DNA of 64,000 nt. Origin: Candidatus Latescibacterota bacterium (lineage in GTDB: Bacteria > Latescibacterota > UBA2968 > UBA8231). The position numbers and the translations under genes were made by a program. The notes under the pieces are model-generated. The model was not told where the DNA came from. It saw nothing but the letters and a program-made list of their open reading frames with translations, and did not search any database. Below are positions 9,156 through 18,590 of this stretch, in pieces. Within the stretch, counting starts at the first letter, position 1; each line of letters opens with the position of its first letter. Location: contig OZ241867.1 in the NCBI GenBank assembly GCA_965203175.1, positions 4,288,001 through 4,352,000 of the forward strand, read 5' to 3'.

Positions 9156-10055
9156 TTGAAGAGACTGAGTCTTATTGCCTTGGTCGCGGTGATGGCTGCT
9201 TCGGCTGCTTTCGCGCACCAGGCTAACTATTTCATGCCGCAGATTCCCAACCCCGACAACATGGTCGTTGACGGCAACGACGACGACTGGGGCTGGATCG
9301 ATCCGGCTTTTGCCATCAACCCGGACACCATGTACGAAATTCTCGGTAGTGAGTGGCCCCCGGCCAAAGACGACTGGGACTGCATTCTCTACGTGGCTTG
9401 GAGTTCGTCCCCCGACAATTCGCTCTACTACTTTGCTCGGGTTACCGATGACTCGCTGGGCCTCTTCGTCGAGAACCCCCAGGAGTATTGGAAGGACGAT
9501 TCGCTGGAAATCATCGTCGATGCCGACCACTCGAGCGAGAACTTCAACGAGACCGAGATGACCTCCGGCCAGCAGTACGGTATCCGCGTTCTGCCCGCCG
9601 CCGGTCAGAAGGACACTTGGATCTTCAACGTGCCGCAGGAGAGCATCCTGTGGTCCACCGAGCGTCCTTATTTCGTCTATGAGTGGACCCTCGATCCGCC
9701 GGACGCTCGTCCGATGGAACAGCCCGCTGGTAGCTCAGTGACCTATACCTACGAGGTCAAGCAGGCTGTGTGGACCTTCCACGACAAGACGGGTCCCGAT
9801 GGCAGCGCTCGCCACAACTTTGCCTCCGACCAGATCATCGGTCTGACCTTCCAGTTTGACGAGACCGAGAATCCCGAGGTGGGCCGCGAGAAGCAGCCGG
9901 GCACGACGCCGGTTAACGGCGCGTTCCAGGACAACTCGAACGGCTCGGACTTCATCACAGTGGAGACCGAAGGCGCTACGGGCGGCACGGGCGTTACCGA
10001 CACGTCTGTTGAGGCCGATAGCTGGGGTCGGATCAAAGGCTATATGATCCAATAA
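9156..10055 (+). CDS. Secreted CBM9/DOMON-like sugar-binding protein with C-terminal SWGRIK motif
   Basis: Signal peptide ending AFA. VVDGNDDDW and YWKDDSLEIIVDADH motifs resemble CBM9-like domains. G/T linker then TSVEADSWGRIK. Strong RBS. Confidence 0.6.
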   Translation: MKRLSLIALVAVMAASAAFAHQANYFMPQIPNPDNMVVDGNDDDWGWIDPAFAINPDTMYEILGSEWPPAKDDWDCILYVAWSSSPDNSLYYFARVTDDSLGLFVENPQEYWKDDSLEIIVDADHSSENFNETEMTSGQQYGIRVLPAAGQKDTWIFNVPQESILWSTERPYFVYEWTLDPPDARPMEQPAGSSVTYTYEVKQAVWTFHDKTGPDGSARHNFASDQIIGLTFQFDETENPEVGREKQPGTTPVNGAFQDNSNGSDFITVETEGATGGTGVTDTSVEADSWGRIKGYMIQ

Positions 10056-10177
10056 AGCACACCCCTAGCATTTTTCGCTAGGTAGCACATTGGACGTAGG
10101 TAGGTAAAGAGAGGTGGAGGTTGACTTCATCTCTCTTTATCTATCGCCTCTGCACCGTTTTCAGGAAGGCATTTTCA

Positions 10178-10924
10178 ATGAGGATACGGAACATCGCAAC
10201 GAGCGGGCTCTTGTCGGCCCTTTATCTGTTCGTGCTCGCCGGTTGTATCTCGCAGGTGGGGCTGCGGCGCTTTGCAACGTTCCCCGAGCCGGTTCCGCAA
10301 CAGGACGAGGCCATGACTGTCCTCGACGACGGCGCGATCGTCTATGCCAAGGATCGCTTGGAGATCTCGCTACAGGTGTTGGATGACGGATTCCTCAATC
10401 GCCAGTTCGCGGCGGATTCAAGGAAGGGCGCTGAATCGACCAATCCATACACGTATGGCAATTGGAAGCCTTGGGGCCAAGACTGGACTCCAGAGCGCTT
10501 TACCGTGGTCTTGCTGAAGGTCAAAAACTACGAGTATCCCAAGGTTTTCATCGACCCCAAGGCGCTCGTGATCACTACGTCGAACAACCGAGTGTACAAC
10601 GCGCTCGACAGCGGACAGCTTGAAGATCTCTTCAGCCCGTATCTGCGGGCTTATGCTGGCAACCAGCGGCGGCAGTTTGAGGCTACCACCGACCTGCTCA
10701 AACGCACTGTCTATCCGCCTGACATAATCTTTTCCGGTCAAGAGGAAGTCGGGTATATCGTCTTTCCGGTTTTGCACCGAGACGTGGGCAACTTCACCGT
10801 CAACGTGCCGGACATGGCCGTGCGCTTCGACTACAAGGGCGAACCGGTGGAGACCATTGATCTAGCATTCAAATTCCAACGCGAAATTTACCACGCACTT
10901 CATCCGCGCGCGGAGACGCCGTAA
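10178..10924 (+). CDS. Lipoprotein of unknown function
   Basis: ATG 10178 after AGGAAGG. Hydrophobic leader ending LAGC (lipobox). Stop overlaps the next ATG. Confidence 0.7.
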   Translation: MRIRNIATSGLLSALYLFVLAGCISQVGLRRFATFPEPVPQQDEAMTVLDDGAIVYAKDRLEISLQVLDDGFLNRQFAADSRKGAESTNPYTYGNWKPWGQDWTPERFTVVLLKVKNYEYPKVFIDPKALVITTSNNRVYNALDSGQLEDLFSPYLRAYAGNQRRQFEATTDLLKRTVYPPDIIFSGQEEVGYIVFPVLHRDVGNFTVNVPDMAVRFDYKGEPVETIDLAFKFQREIYHALHPRAETP

Positions 10925-12885
10925 TGAATCGGGGGACAGCCCGCATTGCGGCGCTGTTGTTCGCCTTGTGTGCCTATGCGCAGTGGCTCAGCGCCGACGA
11001 ATGGGTGCTCGGGGGGCATGGGTTTTCTTGGGGCGATCTCGTCGAGGTCCGCGCCCAGATCGACGATCAAAGTAGCCCTGGCGCGATTCAGATCCGCGGC
11101 TTTACGCCCGACGAGAACATCATCACCACGCTCTCTTGGAAATACGGCAAGCCCAACGATTTGGTCAGCGAGGGCAATGCGGCGCTGTGGGACAATACAG
11201 CGGCCAGGAATTCCATTTCGCTGTCGATTGTCGATGGCGACGACACCACAAGTACGGCAGACCTCTTTAAAACCGCTGGCGTCGATCAAGACGGGCGCAC
11301 GTTCTTTTTGGATATAGGCTCGCGCGTGCCGGCCGACAGCTTGGTCTTTTTTCCTCGGCAAGAGGGGACGTACGCCAACGGCAAGCCTTTTAGAGACGAC
11401 TTTGTCCGCAAGCACCGGATTTCCGTCAGCGATGGGCTGACGTACGTGAACGAGCAGCCACTCTTCACCTTACTGCGCGACGTCCCGGTGAACCCCAACA
11501 GTGTGTTCACTATGAAATTTCCCCAGCAGTTCATTCGCTTTATTCAGTTGCGCGTGGGGTCGCGGAGTCCCTTTGAAATTGCCGAATTTGAACTCTACGG
11601 TAACGGCTTCGTGCCGCGGGCCACGTACCGGAGCCAAGTTATCGACTTAGGCGAGGTCTCCAACTACGGCACCATATCTTGGGCCCAGCGGGCACTGGAA
11701 CTGGTGGACGGCGAGTTGATCGAGTTGTCGGATCTGGGGCAGACCTCGGTCGCGGTGCGCATGAAGACGGGACAGGACGACAGCCCGCTGGTTCACTTCC
11801 AAAAGGTTGTTGACGACGAAACGCGAGCCGTCAGCCAAGTAGTGGTCTCGGAAGCGGATTACAACAAGCTGCCCTCGGGCGAGAAGGGCGATATCGAGGA
11901 CGACGCTGACAACTGGAGTCCCTGGTCGTTGCCGCTCGAATCCGGGCAATTGATCCCACTGCCCAGCCCGCGCCCCTATTTTCAGCTACAGATTATCATG
12001 GAGAGCCAATCCGTGACGCAGACGGTGCGCATCGACTCATTGCGGATTGAGCATTCGCTACCCCCGGCTGCTGCAGTCGTCGGCGAGATCTCCTTGGCCG
12101 ACGAGCCCAACCCACCAGCCGACATCGGCGTAATCGACAAAGACGATGCCGTTGTGCTGCCGAGCATCGACGGGGGTGAAGAGGTGCTCTTCGCCTATGA
12201 TGTGCGAGCCATAATAAACAACAACCAGAACGGCTTTGATGCTTTGCGCATCGATACGCCGACGCCAGCGCGCTTTGTCGGCTTGCAGATGGGCGATCCG
12301 CTCGAGCCTGTGGAGCCAGATCGCGTGAGCGCGGGCGACAGAAGCATTGAAGTGATTTTCACTAGCAACAAGGTCACCTTTGACAACAATGTGCCACTAC
12401 GCGTGCTCTTTGAGGGATCGACCGTGGTATTCGGTACGATTTTCACTGGCACGGTCTGGGATACCCAGTCCGATATTCTCGGCCAGCCCGTGCTCGAAGG
12501 CGATGCCAATTTCGACGTCAGCACCAACTCGCTGCGCGTGGCCTTGACCCAGCAGTCCGTGGGCGAAATCGTCCGCGCTATAGAGTTTAATCCTTCGGTC
12601 TTCACGCCGAATGGAGATGGCATCAACGACCACATCGCCATCAAGTACACCGTAATTCAGATTTCCGAGCCCAAGCCCATCGAGGTGGCCATTTACGACT
12701 TAGCGGGTCGGCTGGTGCGCGTGCTGGCCGATCGCGATCAGCCCGGCGGAATTTACACCGAGATGTGGGACGGACGGAGCGATGTCGACGAGGCCGTGCC
12801 TCCAGGTAGTTACGTGGTTTCGCTCTCAGTTGATAGCGGGATCGGCAACTTCAGGCGAGTCGGCGTCGTCGGCGTGGCCTATTGA
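10924..12885 (+). CDS. Secreted protein with discoidin-like domain and C-terminal FlgD-Ig/CHU_C-like domain (AY-tail family, copy 1)
   Basis: Signal peptide. IVDGD...FFLDIG...FIRFIQL..EIAEFELYG pattern. FTPNGDGIND, IYDLAGRLVR, WDG, PPGSY. Ends VGVAY. Confidence 0.7.
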   Translation: MNRGTARIAALLFALCAYAQWLSADEWVLGGHGFSWGDLVEVRAQIDDQSSPGAIQIRGFTPDENIITTLSWKYGKPNDLVSEGNAALWDNTAARNSISLSIVDGDDTTSTADLFKTAGVDQDGRTFFLDIGSRVPADSLVFFPRQEGTYANGKPFRDDFVRKHRISVSDGLTYVNEQPLFTLLRDVPVNPNSVFTMKFPQQFIRFIQLRVGSRSPFEIAEFELYGNGFVPRATYRSQVIDLGEVSNYGTISWAQRALELVDGELIELSDLGQTSVAVRMKTGQDDSPLVHFQKVVDDETRAVSQVVVSEADYNKLPSGEKGDIEDDADNWSPWSLPLESGQLIPLPSPRPYFQLQIIMESQSVTQTVRIDSLRIEHSLPPAAAVVGEISLADEPNPPADIGVIDKDDAVVLPSIDGGEEVLFAYDVRAIINNNQNGFDALRIDTPTPARFVGLQMGDPLEPVEPDRVSAGDRSIEVIFTSNKVTFDNNVPLRVLFEGSTVVFGTIFTGTVWDTQSDILGQPVLEGDANFDVSTNSLRVALTQQSVGEIVRAIEFNPSVFTPNGDGINDHIAIKYTVIQISEPKPIEVAIYDLAGRLVRVLADRDQPGGIYTEMWDGRSDVDEAVPPGSYVVSLSVDSGIGNFRRVGVVGVAY

Positions 12886-12944
12886 TGGTTGATTGTGGTG
12901 CTGATGGTACTGACTGGCAAAAATTCAAAAGGGAGGATTCCAGC

Positions 12945-15575
12945 GTGAGGTGCATGCTCTACGCAGCAGTTGTCACAGCCGGCGTCGCACTCCTATGCGA
13001 TGCCGCTTTTGCCCAACGGGTCGGCTTTCTGACCGGACGCGAACCGCGCGGTGTGGATGTCTATGAGATGGCGATGACGCCGGCGCAGCGAAAGTGGCAG
13101 TATCCGCAAAGCCTGTATCACTTCTACCGTTGGACCGGCGAGGAATACAGCAATTACGCCCGCCAAAACTACGAGCGCTACGTATCTACCGAGCTTGAAG
13201 GCTTTCGCACCTACGACCTCTACGGGAACTATATCACTCGCGGTTTTGAGGTGTACAACTGGTCCATTGACAGTCCAGTGACTTCGGGCAGTACGGTGCG
13301 CAAGGGTCCCAAGTATGGGGGGTGGTTTCAAAGTTTGATCGTCTCGTCGATGTCCAAGGGGCAGTTTTATTCCTCAATGACCATTGGCGAGGCCCTGCGC
13401 ACCACCCTGACGCCGCTGACTTTTTCCAAGCCAGCCTTCAACGGGGTGCAGTGGGACTTTGCCGCCGACAAGTACCAGATGACACTCTTGGCGTCGCGCC
13501 TGGCCTCCCCGGGCTCAGCCGTGTCGTTTGAAAACTCAATCGGCCAGATATTGGGCGACATGACGAATCTCTTCGGCGTGCACTCTAAAGTGCAGCTCGG
13601 AGATTTTTCTAAGTTGGGCTTTACTTATCTCAACATTGCCAACTTCTCTACAGGTCGCAAGCTGGGTGCCAACTCGCTCAAAGGCGTGTTGACCGAGGCC
13701 CAAAACGGCGGCAATGTCGAGACGATCGTCCTGCGGCTCTCCGATGATTCGCCCGAAGACGGCGTAGGCGGTGCTCAGCTTTTTGCCGAGCGCATTATCA
13801 TCAACGGAGTCGATCACCCCGAAATCGTCCCCTCGCCGCGCGGAGGTGTGCGGCGCGCCGGCGTCATCGAGGCCAATGGTGCTGAGACGTTGGAGCTGAC
13901 CTACAACATTGCCCGCGACTTCCGCCAACAGCCCGATGACGAGATCACCACGTTTCAGGAAATCAGCGAGATCGAGTTCGAGTTGGTCATCGCCAACGAC
14001 TACCGGATCGAAATCACTTCTAACCTCCAAGTCAATGCCCAGGGCGAACCCGTGTTCTTGGAGGTCGAGCGCGCCCATGGCAACGTCAGCGATGGCTCTA
14101 ACCAACGCTTCATCCGCTTTGAATACGGCCTGCCCACCGGCAAGGATATCATCGGCTTCAACTTTGATATAGACGATATCAAGGGCTTCAATATGCGCTC
14201 GGAGCTTGCTTTCAGCCGGGCGTTTCGCCGCTTCCCCAACCAAAATTTCCAAGATCACGCTCTCGCCCAAGACCAGGGCATGGCCTATTACATCACGGCC
14301 TCGCAGGACGCTTATCCGTTTTTCGCGTACGGAGAATTCTACCGTCTAGAGCCTGAGTACCAGACCAATGCATTTATCTCGGATGCGCGGGGTTTCATCG
14401 ATTACGAGCACCCGGAGCGCTATTCCTTTGAGGCGGTTGACGACAACGACGACCAAGATCGCTTTGCCGACTGGAAGCGTCTGTGGCAAAACGGCGACAA
14501 CGCCTTTCGCGAATCGCCTTTTGGCACAGGTGGCCAAGCCGACCCGCAGGTTTTCCCTGGATATGACGAGAACGCGGACTTCATCTCGGACTTTAACCAA
14601 AACGACAACAGCGAGCCGGATTTCGCCGAGCCGTTTCTGCGCTACAACGTCGATCCACCCGAGTTCCTCTTCGGCGTTGACATGAACAACAACAACGTCA
14701 TCGACCGCTTTGAGAACGATACGTTCGCCGACTATCCCTACCGACACGACCGCGATGGCTACAACGTGTACGGGGGCGTTCACTTGACCGAAGCGATCAA
14801 GGCGACGATGGGCTACTCAACGGCCGACGAGATCAGTTCCAAGCGCAGCGCGCAGATGAGCTATGCGGTGGTCTCGGGCGAGTGGAAATGGCCGGGCATT
14901 GAGGCTCGGGCTTTCCAATACGCTCGCTCGGTCCAAGACGACATCGAAGACGATGTGATCCAATGGGTCGATCCAGATGGATTTCGCGAAACTATCGATC
15001 CGCTGATCGCCCAAGACACCTTTGTTTGGACTGGCTATCTGACGTTCGATTACCTGCGCCTTAAAAACCTGAACATCTACAACAAGGTGAAGTACGATTG
15101 GTTCAGGCAGCGCGGCGAGCAGGCCGAGGTCAAGGACGACCGCCTCTTCTTTGGCGCTATCAACAAGGTGGACTACCCCCTGCCGATTACTGACAACCTG
15201 TCTTTTTGGCCGCGTTACAAGAGCGTGTACCGCAAGATCAACCCGACCTTTAGCACTGACCTCGACATTACCGAATGGTCGCAGTTTTACATGCTGACCT
15301 CGAAGTACTTCCTCCTGCCCGGCACCTTTATCGAATACGGCGTCGAGTTAAACCTCTTCCGCAACCTTGAAGAGCGCCCAGAGATCTTGCCGCCTGGATA
15401 CGTCGATGACTTTACGGGTTCGGTGCTGGCCTTACAGCTTTCCAACAGGTCGGCGTACCTCGGTTATTCGCTGACTATGAATACGGGCTTTCGCTGGGAG
15501 CGCCGGGCCTTTGCCGAGGCGACCGAAACCAACTCTCTGCTCTTCATTCGGGTTTTCGCAGGCCTCCAAGACTAG
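12945..15575 (+). CDS. Large exported protein, probable outer-membrane beta-barrel with Ca-binding-type loops
   Basis: GTG 12945 after GGGAGG. Signal peptide ending AFA. Many alternating aromatic/hydrophobic strands, terminal strand LLFIRVFAGL. DxNxD/N motifs (DDNDDQD, DENADFISD, DMNNNNVID). Confidence 0.55.
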   Translation: MRCMLYAAVVTAGVALLCDAAFAQRVGFLTGREPRGVDVYEMAMTPAQRKWQYPQSLYHFYRWTGEEYSNYARQNYERYVSTELEGFRTYDLYGNYITRGFEVYNWSIDSPVTSGSTVRKGPKYGGWFQSLIVSSMSKGQFYSSMTIGEALRTTLTPLTFSKPAFNGVQWDFAADKYQMTLLASRLASPGSAVSFENSIGQILGDMTNLFGVHSKVQLGDFSKLGFTYLNIANFSTGRKLGANSLKGVLTEAQNGGNVETIVLRLSDDSPEDGVGGAQLFAERIIINGVDHPEIVPSPRGGVRRAGVIEANGAETLELTYNIARDFRQQPDDEITTFQEISEIEFELVIANDYRIEITSNLQVNAQGEPVFLEVERAHGNVSDGSNQRFIRFEYGLPTGKDIIGFNFDIDDIKGFNMRSELAFSRAFRRFPNQNFQDHALAQDQGMAYYITASQDAYPFFAYGEFYRLEPEYQTNAFISDARGFIDYEHPERYSFEAVDDNDDQDRFADWKRLWQNGDNAFRESPFGTGGQADPQVFPGYDENADFISDFNQNDNSEPDFAEPFLRYNVDPPEFLFGVDMNNNNVIDRFENDTFADYPYRHDRDGYNVYGGVHLTEAIKATMGYSTADEISSKRSAQMSYAVVSGEWKWPGIEARAFQYARSVQDDIEDDVIQWVDPDGFRETIDPLIAQDTFVWTGYLTFDYLRLKNLNIYNKVKYDWFRQRGEQAEVKDDRLFFGAINKVDYPLPITDNLSFWPRYKSVYRKINPTFSTDLDITEWSQFYMLTSKYFLLPGTFIEYGVELNLFRNLEERPEILPPGYVDDFTGSVLALQLSNRSAYLGYSLTMNTGFRWERRAFAEATETNSLLFIRVFAGLQD

Positions 15576-15601
15576 GGGCCGCACTATTTCTCTGTGGATC
15601 C

Positions 15602-15641
15602 AAAGCGCCCGGCGTTCTCTAGCGGAGATGCCGGGCGCTTT
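15602..15641 (+). terminator. Stem-loop (terminator or mRNA-stabilising hairpin) after the outer-membrane protein gene
   Basis: Perfect 12-bp inverted repeat AAAGCGCCCGGC / GCCGGGCGCTTT. Confidence 0.6.
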
Positions 15642-15653
15642 ACTGCCTAACAA

Positions 15654-16898
15654 ATGGACATGCGCCTTGCTGTGATGTGGATAGGGCTAGTCGGCCTTCT
15701 CGGAGGGATCGGCTGTGGTGCTCCGGAACGCCACGTCCTCAAAAAGCCTGCCACGCCCCAGTCCCTTGCATTCTACCAACGCGCCTACGGGCAAAATCCG
15801 GCAGACCCGGAAGTGCTCTTGGCCTTGGGGTGGCTCTACCTGCAAAAGGACCGCACGCGCCGCGCCGTTGATGTGCTGTCCGAACTGGTCGCGATCGCGC
15901 CCGACGACGCGGATGCTCACTACTACCTCGGGGTTGCCCTCGCCAAAGAGCACCGCAAGAGCGAGGCCATAGCTACCTTTAAGCACGCACTCGAAAAAGC
16001 GCCGGGCTTTGCCGAAGCGTACTGGGCCTTGGCGCTGCTATACAACGAGCGCGGCGACGGGTACGAAAAGGCGCTTGCAACGGTCGAAGAGGGGCTGCAG
16101 TTGGCCGGACAGAGCGGCTATGGGCACTTTGTGTTGGGATTTGTGCTGTGTTCGCGCGGCGACAATGAAAATGCCAAGACCGCGCTGCTGAAGGCGATTG
16201 AACTCGACCCTGACTTGGCACACGCCCACTACTACTTGGCGCTGGTGTACTTGCGCTTGCAGGACGATCCGCGGGCCATGGCGGCCATGGAGCAGACCAT
16301 TGCCGCAGACCCGGGTTACACCTCGGCCTATTACAGCTTGGGCACGCTCTATGCGCGCACGGGCCGCGACGCCGAGGGCGCGCGAATGATCGAACTTTTT
16401 CAGCAGTTGAGTAGCGCGACAATGGACGAGGACCACTACCGCCGCTTGCTCTATCGCCAGGCCGTGCCGCTGGCGACCGACAAGCAGGCTGCCACGCATT
16501 TCAACTTGGGGTTGGTCTATTTGCGCAGAAAGGAGTTGGCGGCGGCACTCGAACAGTTCGAGGCGGCCTTGGCCCTCGATTCCACGTATGCGGAGGCCAG
16601 CCACAACATTGGGGTGATCTATTCGCTGCAAGAGCAACACGCGGCTGCTCGGCCCTTTTTGCTGCGCGCGGTCCGCCACAAGCCCGACTACGCGTTGGCC
16701 TTTGAAAACATAGGCAACAACAGCTTGGCCCTCGGCGAGTACGCAGAGGCGGTCGCTGCGTTTCGCCGCGCCTTGTCCCTCGACGGGAGCATGGCCTCAG
16801 CCCTCGACGGCTTGGGGACTGCGCTAATCCAGCAGGGCCAAGTGGCAGAAGGCCGCGCGGCTCGTGCCGAGGCCGCAGCCTTGAGGGCGCAACAGTAA
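15654..16898 (+). CDS. Tetratricopeptide-repeat lipoprotein
   Basis: Leader ending GIGC. Repeated 34-aa units (AHYYLGVAL, AYYSLGTLY, HFNLGLVY). Confidence 0.85.
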   Translation: MDMRLAVMWIGLVGLLGGIGCGAPERHVLKKPATPQSLAFYQRAYGQNPADPEVLLALGWLYLQKDRTRRAVDVLSELVAIAPDDADAHYYLGVALAKEHRKSEAIATFKHALEKAPGFAEAYWALALLYNERGDGYEKALATVEEGLQLAGQSGYGHFVLGFVLCSRGDNENAKTALLKAIELDPDLAHAHYYLALVYLRLQDDPRAMAAMEQTIAADPGYTSAYYSLGTLYARTGRDAEGARMIELFQQLSSATMDEDHYRRLLYRQAVPLATDKQAATHFNLGLVYLRRKELAAALEQFEAALALDSTYAEASHNIGVIYSLQEQHAAARPFLLRAVRHKPDYALAFENIGNNSLALGEYAEAVAAFRRALSLDGSMASALDGLGTALIQQGQVAEGRAARAEAAALRAQQ

Positions 16899-18590
16899 AT
16901 GTGGGTTGTACTAGTTGTTATTGGGGCATTAGTAGGATGCGGGGGTGAGGCAGCGCGACCCCTTTTCGTCGATGTAGCCGCCGAAGCGGGAGTCCAATTG
17001 CGCACCGTATCTGGAACGCCGCAAAAAGAGCACATCGTCGAATGCAATACGGGCGGGACGGCCCTTTTAGACCACGACCTAGATGGGGACGTGGATATTT
17101 TCATTGTCAATGGCACGCGCCTCTCCGGCTATGCCCCAGGCCGAGAACCCCGCGCTGAGCTGTACCGCAACGACGGCGCTTGGCGATTTACAGGTGTTGG
17201 CCGAGAGGCTGGCGTCGCGCACGTGGGATGGGGTATGGGGGTCACGGCGGCTGACTACAATGCCGATGGATGGCCCGATCTGTACTTGGCGAACTACGGT
17301 CCCAATGCCCTGTACGAAAACGAGGGCGACGGCACGTTCGTCGATGTGGCGGCCGAGCGGGGCGTGGACTTTAGCGGCTGGAGCTCGTCTGCGGCCTTTG
17401 GCGACTACGACCTCGACGGCGACTTGGACTTTTACTTGGCTAATTACATCGACTTTGACCCGGCGTTTCGCCCGATTGATCCGAGCTATTGCACCTGGCG
17501 CGGGATAGACGTATTCTGCGGCCCGCGCGGGATGCCGGGCGAGCGGGATCAATTCTATCGCAACGACGGCCCGAGTGCGGGTTGGACTTTTACCGACGCC
17601 ACTGAGGCTTTTGGCATTGCCGACTACGAGTACTATGGTTTTGCCGCGCTGGCCGGCGACTGGGATGAGGACGGCGACTTGGACATTTACATTGCCAACG
17701 ATTCGACACCGAATGTGCTCTACCGCAACGACCAAGGTGCATTTGCGGATGTATCGCTCCTGTCGGCGACTGCGTACAGCGAGGACGGCCGCGAACAGGG
17801 CGGCATGGGTTTAGCGGGAGGCGACTACGATCAAGACGGCGATTTTGATCTCTTTGTCACCAATTTCTCGCACGACAATAACTCGCTCTACGACAACAAT
17901 GGCCGGGGGTTTTTCACCGACGCCAGTTTCAGTTCAGCCCTAGGCCGTGCGAGCATCAGTTCTTTAGGGTGGGGCACGGGTTTTTTCGATTACGACAACG
18001 ACGGCGACGACGACCTGTTCGTCGCCAACGGGCACGTGTACCCAGCCGTTGACCGCCGCGACTTGGGGACTCGCTACGCCCAGCGCAACCACCTGTTTGA
18101 GAATCGCGACGGCGCTTTTGTCGAAGTCGGTGCAGCCTCAGGTCCGGGCCTAGCAGTGGAAAAGTCCAGTCGCGGCTCGGCCTTCGGCGATTTGGACAAC
18201 GACGGCGACTTGGACCTTGTGGTGGTCAATATCGACGACACGCCGACCTTGCTGCGCAACGACGGGGGCAATCGCCACAACTATCTGATGGTGAGGCTGC
18301 TCGGCGATGGAGGAAATACAGAGGCCATTGGTGCGCGAGTCTCGGTGTCGGTGGGTGGTGCGGTGCAGATGCGGGAGGTGCGCGCGGGCACGAGCTATCT
18401 GTCACAGGACGACCTACGGCTGCACTTCGGCTTGGGGGCGGCGACCGAGGCCGATCACCTCGTGGTGCGCTGGCCCGATGGAGTGGAAGAGCGCATCGAC
18501 GGGGTGGCGGGCAATCGGCTGATTACCATCCGGCACGGCGCGGGTCTCGTCGCCGAGGGGTTTGGGCCAGTGCCGAGGCCGGGGCCGTGA
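16899..18590 (+). CDS. CRTAC1-family protein (FG-GAP/VCBS propeller plus ASPIC/UnbV domain), lipoprotein
   Basis: Lipobox LVGC. Repeated DYDxDGDxD motifs. SRGSAFGDLDNDGDLD, AIGARV, SYLSQDDLRLHFGLG, VRWPDG. Confidence 0.9.
   Translation: MWVVLVVIGALVGCGGEAARPLFVDVAAEAGVQLRTVSGTPQKEHIVECNTGGTALLDHDLDGDVDIFIVNGTRLSGYAPGREPRAELYRNDGAWRFTGVGREAGVAHVGWGMGVTAADYNADGWPDLYLANYGPNALYENEGDGTFVDVAAERGVDFSGWSSSAAFGDYDLDGDLDFYLANYIDFDPAFRPIDPSYCTWRGIDVFCGPRGMPGERDQFYRNDGPSAGWTFTDATEAFGIADYEYYGFAALAGDWDEDGDLDIYIANDSTPNVLYRNDQGAFADVSLLSATAYSEDGREQGGMGLAGGDYDQDGDFDLFVTNFSHDNNSLYDNNGRGFFTDASFSSALGRASISSLGWGTGFFDYDNDGDDDLFVANGHVYPAVDRRDLGTRYAQRNHLFENRDGAFVEVGAASGPGLAVEKSSRGSAFGDLDNDGDLDLVVVNIDDTPTLLRNDGGNRHNYLMVRLLGDGGNTEAIGARVSVSVGGAVQMREVRAGTSYLSQDDLRLHFGLGAATEADHLVVRWPDGVEERIDGVAGNRLITIRHGAGLVAEGFGPVPRPGP

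Noticed and set aside
10064-10082. Hairpin CCTAGC/GCTAGG after the CBM9-like gene
   Set aside because: Only a 6-bp stem without a U-tract, too weak to call a terminator.
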